Positions 1 through 7,557 of a stretch of DNA of 14,371 nt are shown in pieces. The translations under genes were made by a program, and so were the position numbers. Source of the DNA: Paramicrosporidium saccamoebae KSL3 (taxonomy: Eukaryota > Fungi > Cryptomycota). The stretch covers positions 78,996-93,366 of the forward strand of contig MTSL01000105.1 in assembly GCA_002794465.1 (NCBI GenBank). Direction: 5' to 3'. Each line of letters opens with the position of its first letter. Position 1 is the stretch's first letter. The notes beneath the pieces were generated by a model. The model made no database searches. It was given only the letters and a program-made list of their open reading frames with translations, and had not been told where the DNA came from.

Positions 1-19
1 GGATCTATTAATATCTTGT

Positions 20-2398
20 CTACAGTACCATGGGTCTATCATTGTTCCTGATATCTTCTTCAGAGAGCATTGTGCTCCCAACCTGTGCCTTTGCGTCGAA
101 TGGCTGCGCCATTTCCCTAAAAAACCTTACACCAAGCTGTACGGCCATGTCTGCCGACAAGTTAACATTTGTTTCCAAAATTGCCTGAGTCAGCCACTTT
201 GGTAGTTTGGCCCGTTTGTCATAGCGTGCAAAGCGTTTATCGGCGAGCACCATCAGACCGTAATCGTTTTTGCCACGGAGCACACGACCTAGACACTGCG
301 CAGCGTGTCGAAGAGCGTCGAATGTGAGAAAATCATTCTCACGAATTCCGTATTGTTCACGCATGTATTCCAGACGGGCTTTTAGAATGCGGCTCTCAGT
401 GTACTGATACGGAATACCAAACATAATGACCGCTCGTCCGTAGTGATGATCAAAATCGATTCCTTCTGACACCTTTCCTCTGGCTACAGATAGCAAAACA
501 GCCCCCCTTCCATTATCACAAGCCCGACGATAGTTTTCAAGGGCAATAGACGTTTCAACACTGTCAGGCGTTTCAATGAAGAGCAATTTGTGTCGAAGCA
601 CTTCGTTAAGGATGCCCATCTCATGCCACATGGTGACTATCATTTCCAGATAAATGTAACTCGGGAAGAAACAAACCAGTCCATCAGGGGTGATGCGACA
701 AAAATCCAACAGCAGGTTACCATAATTTCGCACAACAGCTGGATCATTTCTAATCTCAAAACGAGACGTCATAGACACTTGATCGCTTCCTCGCGTCACA
801 ATTAACGGACATACAATATTCCGAGACAAAGTCATTGGGAAGCTTTGCATCAGGACTGTGCTAAAATTGAGGATTTTTGGGTACATGTCAAGAGGAGACA
901 GTGTACCCGATGTGATAATCACACTCTGAAATCGAGAAAATACAGGCTTGATGGCAATTGTTGCGTCGAGACAACAGAGATGAAGAACGGGGTTTGGCAC
1001 AGAGGGGGCCTGATCTTCAAACGGTTCTAGAATCACCAGAAATCCCTTTGGATAAGTGGCGACAATAGTTGCAAAGTTTGCAACTCGCTGCAGGGCACTC
1101 AGCTCGTCGAGTCTGGCCAATTCCAGCGTCTTGACAAGACTCTGCAGACGCTCAGCACAAAATCGCAATGGTTTCCTCTCAATAGTAGTCGCATCTCGAA
1201 CACTCTGAATAAATGCAGTGGGTGATTCCGTAATCACATGGGGCGTACGCAGCTTTGTCTTTAAATATTCCACAAATCGACGAAGAAAAGCGACAAAATG
1301 CTCTCCTTGACGAATATTCCCCGGAACGACTTCTTGCAACAGCTCGTCTGGGATGACAGGATTTGCCATTATTTCATCCGCCAGACGACCTTCGTTTGTT
1401 CTTCGGAGCCCTTCAACCAACCTCGTATACTCGTCGCGTAAACGCTCTGCGTCTGTTGACTTTATTTCCTGAATACGCTCGGCAAGTTTCTGTACGCTCC
1501 TTGAGGCTGCATCCAAAGTTCGACGATTAATATCAACACTTAGAGACTCTATGCAGACATTATCAATGTTGTGGGCTTCGTCAAAAACGACAATTGCATC
1601 TTTAGGAAGATCCCGCGAGACTAACTCGGCCACCTTGGGATCGAGCAAGTAGTAATAACTGTAGATAATCACATTGGCCTGTTGAAGCATCAACCGGGAA
1701 AGAAAGTATGGACAGAGACCATTTTCTTGGCCGTACTCTTTCAAATCTTCCATTGTATACACTCCAGAGGGAATGGAGAGACCGCGACTACCACCGAGCT
1801 CTTCAATATTTTCATAAAATCGACATGTCTTTACTTGCTCTCCTGGATGTGTTCGGGCTCTCTGTCGCACCCAAGAAGCTGTCAAACTGTGACATTTCGA
1901 ATCAATGGCCTTTCCAACCTTTTCGGAAACGACTTCTGAATTAATACAAAGATTACGACGAGACGAAAGTCCTATTCCCAGAAACTTGAGCTTATCTCCC
2001 GTGACCTTTTCCCGATAAGCAATGAGCCGTTTCAACTCTGCCAATGCTTTGTCGATTTCGGGAACAGTGCGTGTGCAATACACCAACTTGCAGCTTCCAG
2101 GATGGGCCTACAAATGAATTCCTGAGCACTGATTATCTTGGTACGATTTGATAGGAAAGAATGAAGGAAAGAAGAGTGATAGTCTTTCCTGTCCCGGAGG
2201 GCATCTCCAATAGCCCATGGCCCTATGATTCAGAACACGGCATAATGGCAGTGTACTTTTGCATCCAAAATCTTCTTTAGCTCTATCATATAGGCGTACT
2301 GCTCTGGGTAAATATAGTCATATGGAAAGTATATTGTCAGCCCGTCAATTTCAAACCTACAAGAGATGAGCTGACTGAATGATTTGTAGATACTTCAT
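20..2398 (-). CDS. RAD3: TFIIH/NER 5'-3' DNA helicase XPD (Rad3/ERCC2), 756 aa; exons 2398-2394, 2356-2257, 2222-2145, 2107-20
   Basis: Splicing three GT-AG introns extends the 688-aa ORF to [25 protein letters not shown]...[14 protein letters not shown] (Walker A). Also present are DEAH ([10 protein letters not shown]), four Fe-S cysteines (RRNLC, KCHSL, TCRFY, LCPYF), [16 protein letters not shown] and [10 protein letters not shown]. Exon lengths sum to 2271 nt, in frame. Confidence 0.98.
2108..2144 (-). other. RAD3 intron 3 (37 nt, phase 0)
   Basis: GTACCA...TTTGTAG; removal joins SYQI|AHPG in frame with the long ORF. Confidence 0.92.
2223..2256 (-). other. RAD3 intron 2 (34 nt, phase 0)
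   Basis: GTACAC...CATAG; removal restores the conserved LDAK|GHG. Confidence 0.93.
2357..2393 (-). other. RAD3 intron 1 (37 nt, phase 2)
   Basis: GTATCT...CTTGTAG; removal gives ATG AA|G TTT GAA (MKFE), matching the XPD N-terminus. Confidence 0.9.
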
Positions 2399-2661
2399 AC
2401 AAGGCCGAAAAGATAATTTAATAAAATGTGTACCCGGTTCTGATTTGTAATGCAAATATTGAGGTTGGTGGCTGTAGCGTATTGCGAGGTCTGTGTCTGT
2501 AGCGTAAATAACGACTGGGGGCTTTGACTCACAAAGGTTGCAAAGTTTCTGCCTGTAGCAACGACCGAGGGATCTTGATCCGCAGGTCTACTTTATAGTA
2601 GGGGTAACGCGACTGAAGGACCTGATCCGTAAATATGCTATGCAATATTATATGTTATGTG

Positions 2662-2825
2662 TTGATGGGTGAACTTGCTTTTATTAAAGTACATGGCTTC
2701 TTTATAGGCGGCCGTCCTTAATATAACCAGACTAGACTGTGAGACCGCTATCTGGGTCGGACTCACCGATAGTAAATGGATGCTGTTTAACATTATGCTT
2801 TACTCCTTCGGTATGTCCTTTCACA
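2662..2825 (+). repeat. Dispersed repeat element, copy A (inverted homologue at 11348-11498)
   Basis: Hand alignment: 47/62 identity for 2662-2723 vs reverse complement of 11498-11438, a shared TTTTATTAAAGTA, and 13/14 at TGGGTCGGAC(T/C)CAC. An ungapped, transition-rich stretch continues to about 2798, with weaker similarity to about 2825. Confidence 0.8.
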
Positions 2826-2875
2826 ATTCTACTATTACTTTACATTTATGACGGTCCAGACTCCACAAGTCGGTA

Positions 2876-2881
2876 TTTATT
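2876..2881 (-). terminator. Putative polyadenylation signal AATAAA of the M16A protease gene
   Basis: AATAAA on the minus strand 11 nt downstream of the stop at 2893. Confidence 0.5.
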
Positions 2882-2892
2882 AAAAACTAGTA

Positions 2893-5800
2893 TTACGCAC
2901 CCATCACAGCTTCTTTTCCAATATCATCAACTGAATAAGTGAGGGGGAATAGTCCAACTGCCTTGGTGAGCTTTGATGGCTCTTCAAATAGCTGGACTTT
3001 GGGAGCCAATTCCGAATATGCAACAACACGCTTGTCCGCGAGCGTGTCACTCCACAACTGGATAGACAATTTTCGCCTTTCCGGAGCATCTCGGAGGACA
3101 TGCGTACGAATAAAGGCCAACAAGTCTTCCTTTGTGTGATTCTTCAAGTAGTCAGCATCGACAGAGGCCCTCTCAAATTCGTATTGATGTCCAATGATCT
3201 GCATCCAGTAAACCTGTGTTTCATCCGTCATCCGGCGCTTCTTTGCAGTCAATCGATCAATCAATGCTCGCACATGAGTGGAATACTCATCCACATCCAT
3301 AGATGTCAAGTATTCAACCGTGTTGGAGAGGAACACTTCAATGCGATTGTCTAGGTAGACTGGATCGCGCTCACTTTGGACAAGGAAACGGAGTCCAATC
3401 GAATTTCCCTTCTCTCGGGCCTGATGCCGCACAATGTATCCCAGCTGCTCTTTCGTCCTCAGCAAGTCGAAGAATGGCTCATGGAAGATTTGCGCAAAGA
3501 GAATGGTGAGTGTACGTAGTCTGAGACTACCGACGGGACCAATTTGGAGGTAGAATTCAATGGCAGAATTAGAATTTGGTATAGGTCCGGGGGAAAAAAT
3601 AATGTCTTGACGTGGCTCCAGAGAGATGACGCGGACATTGGCAGTTTCCAGCTCGGGCAACGCTTTAGTCCCTGACAAGATTTTCCTCAAATCGGTAAAA
3701 ATACCAAGGGCTTCTTCGGCGCGATAATTCCCATGACAGAGTCCTTCAATGTTGGCTCTGGAAAAGATTTCGGCCGCAAAGGCGTCAATGGAATCCGCTG
3801 TGATTAACGGCAGAGCCGCCTCCTTTTCCCAGTACCACCAGTTATACTCTAGCTGAAGACCATTCAGATAGTATGCAATAAGGCCATACGGGTTATCATG
3901 AATAACACTCTTTAACCAGCGCGCATACTTGTCTTTGATGGCGGCGAAACGAGCAGGATTGGTTTTGTACTGCATTACTCGATTCATCACTTCTTTGAGG
4001 AGAAGCGGTAGCTTTTGATCGTAACCACAAAAGGCCAAATATATGCCATCGGTTGTTTGTCCGATATCAAAATGAAGTCCTGCCATTTCGGCCTCATATA
4101 GCAGCTCATTCATTGAGTCTCTTAGTAGCTCGATGAAGAGATACGTCCTGACGAAATTCTCCGGGGAAGAATAGGTGGCTGGCGTGAGAACAACAAATTG
4201 AAAGCATCCCTTGGGCATCTCAAAGACATCATCCTGCTTATGCCATAGTCTGTATTGTCCATCATCGGCTATTAGGGTTGGCTTCATCGTGGGAATCAGT
4301 GCCGCTGCCATCTTCGCATTCAACGCGTCGGGTATAAATTCGTTAGGAATCGGAAGCACCAAATCTGGATTGGTCGTAGGCGACTGAGTGAATTTCATCA
4401 ATTCTTCCGACAATGGCTCCACAGTATATTCAGTCTTGTACCATTTTTCTTGCTGAACCTTTTCAGCATCCAGTGGGCTTGGCGTTGCTAGTATGATGCG
4501 GAAATTGTCTCCACGAATATGATTCAACATGGTGGAAAGGAGCCCTTCATCGTACTTCATTGAGACACGTGGGCCTTTTAAAATCAGCTCGGGAGCATAA
4601 GACTGCATATTTCCAGATGTTCTGCTTGCAAAAGAGGATGGCTGCCCCTTTTCCATAAAGCGAAATTCAATCTCCTCCAACCTCTTAGTCTCCTCAAAGA
4701 TTGCCTTCTGCGGTCCAGAATTACGCAGCAATTGCAGATACTGGAAAATAAGCTTGACGATATCTTCAACATGATCGAGACCTGAGGAGCTCAACTCTAT
4801 TGCTACTTCAAAGAATGTATATCCACGCGAATCGGCATCAGCGCCCGCACTAAGATGGGTAGCCCAGCCTTGAGCCTTGAGCAGGGCCAGAATACTTCCA
4901 TGTCCTTCATGTCCAAGCAGATGCGAAAAATAATGGCCAGGTTTCTCCAATTTGTACTTTTTCATGTCCGGCAATTGCCACGAGACGTGCATTGAGCGCA
5001 TCTCTTTCACCGTACGGACATTGATCAGCTTTCCAAAATGGCGTTCATCCAGTGGCATTCCAGGCCATTCCCGAAGGGCAAAGTTGCGATTTCCCACGGC
5101 ACTAAACTTTTCGACAACCATATTCTGTAACTCGTCCAGCGGATTCTTCCCAAAGACAACCAACTTCATTAGGTTTGAAGAATAATGCTTCCCATAAAAC
5201 TCGATCAGAACGCTGCGGATATCAATTCCACGAGACTCTGGGCCTTCCTTCAGAGTCTTTAGACTTCCAGTCCCGAAATGAGAATAAGGATGAGAATGGC
5301 TAGAGAGTGTTTTTTCAAGTTGTGCAATTCGCCAATGGTCATTGAGGACATTCTTTTTATGCTCAGAGTCAACCGCAAGTAGTTCACGTTCTGTCCCACT
5401 TGGATTGAATAGCGGCGATATAAAAAACTGTGCGAAACGGTCCAAGGCACCCTCCAGGTGGTCTGACACAACGTCGAAAAAGTAATTGGTGTGCTCTTGA
5501 GCAGTGAAGGCGTTAGAGTGTCCACCGTGAGCAGATAAATACTTTCCGTACTCATTCTCGTCCGGATATTTTCGAGTCCCCATAAAGAGCAGGTGCTCAA
5601 GAAAGTGTGCTAATCCTGGAATATCTTCCGGGTCATAAAAGTTGCCAACATGAACATCCAGCGCGGCACTCGCCTTATCAAGACCGGGCTCGCTTATGAG
5701 TAGGGCCTGTAGGCCATTCTCAAGTGTTAGGAAGCGGTAGTCGCACTTATCCTGGTCGCTCTTAACGACACCATTAAAGACACGAACGGTGTGTCCATTT

Positions 5801-5937
5801 ATGGACTGGAGGTCTCCCGGCACGGTGGACATGTCAAAATCACCAGACGGCATTCCCGTGGGTGAGACTGGTGCCATCCCGGTCACGCCAGCTAGTAAAA
5901 TTAGCGCGACCAAGATGCTCATCAACAACTTTGACAT
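2893..5937 (-). CDS. Insulinase family M16A zinc metallopeptidase (insulin-degrading enzyme / Ste23-like), about 1014 aa, intronless, possible N-terminal signal peptide
   Basis: Inverted zinc motif HXXEH (PGLAHFLEHLLFMGTRKYP), GGHSNAFT, GALDRFAQFF, HLLGHEG and LRTKEQLGYIV. The ORF-track start at 5955 is TTG; the first ATG is 5937 (MSKLLMSILVALILLAGVTG), and downstream ATGs are alternative starts. Confidence 0.95.
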   Translation of the reverse strand: MSKLLMSILVALILLAGVTGMAPVSPTGMPSGDFDMSTVPGDLQSINGHTVRVFNGVVKSDQDKCDYRFLTLENGLQALLISEPGLDKASAALDVHVGNFYDPEDIPGLAHFLEHLLFMGTRKYPDENEYGKYLSAHGGHSNAFTAQEHTNYFFDVVSDHLEGALDRFAQFFISPLFNPSGTERELLAVDSEHKKNVLNDHWRIAQLEKTLSSHSHPYSHFGTGSLKTLKEGPESRGIDIRSVLIEFYGKHYSSNLMKLVVFGKNPLDELQNMVVEKFSAVGNRNFALREWPGMPLDERHFGKLINVRTVKEMRSMHVSWQLPDMKKYKLEKPGHYFSHLLGHEGHGSILALLKAQGWATHLSAGADADSRGYTFFEVAIELSSSGLDHVEDIVKLIFQYLQLLRNSGPQKAIFEETKRLEEIEFRFMEKGQPSSFASRTSGNMQSYAPELILKGPRVSMKYDEGLLSTMLNHIRGDNFRIILATPSPLDAEKVQQEKWYKTEYTVEPLSEELMKFTQSPTTNPDLVLPIPNEFIPDALNAKMAAALIPTMKPTLIADDGQYRLWHKQDDVFEMPKGCFQFVVLTPATYSSPENFVRTYLFIELLRDSMNELLYEAEMAGLHFDIGQTTDGIYLAFCGYDQKLPLLLKEVMNRVMQYKTNPARFAAIKDKYARWLKSVIHDNPYGLIAYYLNGLQLEYNWWYWEKEAALPLITADSIDAFAAEIFSRANIEGLCHGNYRAEEALGIFTDLRKILSGTKALPELETANVRVISLEPRQDIIFSPGPIPNSNSAIEFYLQIGPVGSLRLRTLTILFAQIFHEPFFDLLRTKEQLGYIVRHQAREKGNSIGLRFLVQSERDPVYLDNRIEVFLSNTVEYLTSMDVDEYSTHVRALIDRLTAKKRRMTDETQVYWMQIIGHQYEFERASVDADYLKNHTKEDLLAFIRTHVLRDAPERRKLSIQLWSDTLADKRVVAYSELAPKVQLFEEPSKLTKAVGLFPLTYSVDDIGKEAVMGA

Positions 5938-5973
5938 CCAGTGCAGCCACAACAAGTTGCCACTTTAAGAGAG

Positions 5974-6054
5974 CCATAATTGGTGTTGCGGGCCATGGCC
6001 AATAGTGAATAAGATTTCCAATGTCCATAATTGGTGTTACGGGTCGTGGCCAAT
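5974..6054. repeat. Two-copy direct repeat (30 nt, period 51) carrying CCAAT boxes, upstream of the protease gene
   Basis: CCATAATTGGTGTTGCGGGCCATGGCCAAT (5974-6003) vs CCATAATTGGTGTTACGGGTCGTGGCCAAT (6025-6054): 27/30 identical, all three differences transitions. Confidence 0.9.
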
Positions 6055-6074
6055 TGTAATACCTCGTGTTTAAT

Positions 6075-6080
6075 TTTATT
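6075..6080 (-). terminator. Putative polyadenylation signal of ALG2
   Basis: AATAAA on the minus strand about 80 nt after the ALG2 stop, in an AT-rich patch. Confidence 0.5.
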
Positions 6081-6158
6081 ATAACAATTATAGTGATCAA
6101 TAAGCAGCTTTTTAGTACCTTGCATAGGTTGTTGTGAGATTGAGAAGGCCCTACGGCG

Positions 6159-7517
6159 TCATTGCGATAGTAGATTGAGCAAGTTATTTTCCAGTAACTC
6201 TCCAAACCGATCCAGGGAAAAGTTATTCTTAACATGTTGGCGGGCTTGCTCGGACATTTGTTTCCGGGTTGTCTTTTGTGTCAGTAAAATCTCCATCTTT
6301 TCTCCCATCCGAGTAGGGCTCTTCTCACAGAGAAATCCAGTTATACCATTTACAACAGTCTCACGCGGTCCTCCGCTGTTCATGGCGATGACAGGCACCC
6401 CAAGGGACATTGCCTCTACAGGAACAATACCAAAATGTTCCTCTGTTGGCGTGTATAGCAGACAGAGCGATCTTTGTAAAAGAGCATTCTTCATACTGTC
6501 TGAGATTGAGGGCATAAATAGTAGCTGAGAATCCTTGGCGGCAATCGGTAGCTTCTTTCCAGGCCAAATAGTGGTAAAGGTTAATCCCAACCCACTTGCA
6601 AAGCTCTCCAATTCTTTCAGGTAGTCACGATTTTCTTGTACCCGCAGGTCATACCCACCTGGACCATTACTAACACTTAAATTTGCTTACCTGCAATCAC
6701 AAGACGGAGATTGGAATATGATGGTGCCTCTAAATTTTTTTTCAAACAGGAAAACGCTTCAATTGCCAAGCGGATATTTTTCTTCCGCTCAAATCTATTT
6801 AGACTTGAAATGATGGTACTTGAGGCAGGCCATGGAACAGTTTGCAATTCCCCCTCCCCAAAGTCCATCACACCAACTCCTGGGTGTAGCACACTCGGTC
6901 TCTTGCGAACGCTGGGGAAAGCTTCCATAAACTTGTCCGCTGTAAAGGCGCTATTTACAAGTATCCTATCCGCCCTTATAATTGTGCTCGCTTCCCAGCT
7001 ATCGAACCAGTGGCGGTAGGCAAGCTTACGTATCGGGTTGAGTGACTTTGGTGCAAGAAGTTTGTCAGGGAAGTGGCAATAGAACAGGATCTTGTCAGCA
7101 CAATGTTTCAAGATGGGTATGGAAAAGGGCACTTGGTCCACAATGATCACGTCATAATGAAAAGGACAGAAAAAGAACATCCAGGCTGCCAGGTACAAGT
7201 TTCGCATTGCCGTAAACAGTAGATGAAACATGCCGAAGAATTGTCGAGGAAAAAAGTCTCCATGGACCTGCACCCTTAATTCTTCTACAAGCTGGATGGT
7301 GGGGGCAAATGGTTACTTTTAGTCTCCTCGAAGCAATGTTTAGGCGAGTGATGTGACGTATAAATGATAACATTATGTCCTCTCTGTTGTAGTGTCTTGG
7401 CAGCATCCACAATCAATCTTTCTGCCCCTCCTACCTCGTCAAGTGTCATTAGGAAATATTTTTACCGATGCCCAAGTCGGGATGCACAAAGGCAATCCTG
7501 AGAGGACCACGACTCAT
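6159..7517 (-). CDS. ALG2: Alpha-1,3/1,6-mannosyltransferase Alg2 (GT4), 419 aa; exons 7517-7466, 7430-7317, 7284-6691, 6658-6159
   Basis: Spliced product MSRGPLRIAFVHPDLGIG|GAERLIVDAA...FYCHFPD...SLNRFERKKNI...LVIAG|GYD...LLYTPTEEHFGIVPVEAM...NSGGPRETV. Exons sum to 1260 nt, in frame. Confidence 0.96.
6659..6690 (-). other. ALG2 intron 3 (32 nt)
   Basis: GTAAGC...TCCAG; removal restores VIAG|GYD and joins the two ORF-track fragments. Confidence 0.93.
7285..7316 (-). other. ALG2 intron 2 (32 nt)
   Basis: GTAACC...CTTGTAG; removal joins CFEETK|KELRV in frame. Confidence 0.9.
7431..7465 (-). other. ALG2 intron 1 (35 nt)
   Basis: GTAAAA...CCTAAT...GGTAG; removal restores HPDLGIGGAER. Confidence 0.92.
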
Positions 7518-7557
7518 CTTTAAAACAAGACAATTATGCGCTTTATAAATTAAACAA

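Noticed and set aside
5-28. Possible 24-nt terminal RAD3 intron (GTACTG...AATAG) that would extend the protein beyond the window
   Set aside because: Shorter than all eight supported introns (31-40 nt), and the unspliced 756-aa product already has normal XPD length. It cannot be tested at the window edge.
590-1944. Plus-strand ORFs of 61-85 aa inside RAD3, and similar short antisense or alternate-frame ORFs inside the protease, ALG2, ESF2, ATG22, J-protein and 603-aa genes
   Set aside because: Shadow ORFs fully overlapping well-supported genes, with no recognisable motifs.
2402-2530. Resemblances to the U2 snRNA 5' end (ATCTTTTCGGCCTT on minus), the octamer ATGCAAAT, and SRP or RNase MRP motifs
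   Set aside because: Only short isolated matches; the other conserved elements (U2 branch-pairing GTAGTA, SRP helix 8, MRP CR-I) are absent.
2702-2710. Stop-codon reassignment suggested by TAG aligned to CAT in the repeat copies
   Set aside because: TAG, TAA and TGA all end well-supported genes here, and no internal stops occur in the conserved CDSs, so the standard code fits.
2418-2793. Multi-exon micro-gene on the minus strand assembled from GTGAGT...CAG and GTAC...TAG segments (MLNSIHLLSSSLVILRTAAYKEA...)
   Set aside because: No recognisable product. Two donors are GTGAGT whereas all supported donors are GTA, one intron would be 55 nt, equally plausible models can be built on the + strand, and the region is explained by the repeat element.
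5974-6054. CRISPR-like repeat-spacer reading of the 30-nt repeat with a 21-nt spacer
   Set aside because: Only two imperfect copies, eukaryotic intron-containing context, and no cas genes.
5840-6235. 131-aa minus-strand ORF with a WP..TPIM repeat and AALDVKV, resembling AALDVHV of the protease
   Set aside because: Non-ATG start, overlaps the ALG2 end and the protease start. The repeat is the CCAAT promoter duplication, and the 7-residue match is best treated as chance.
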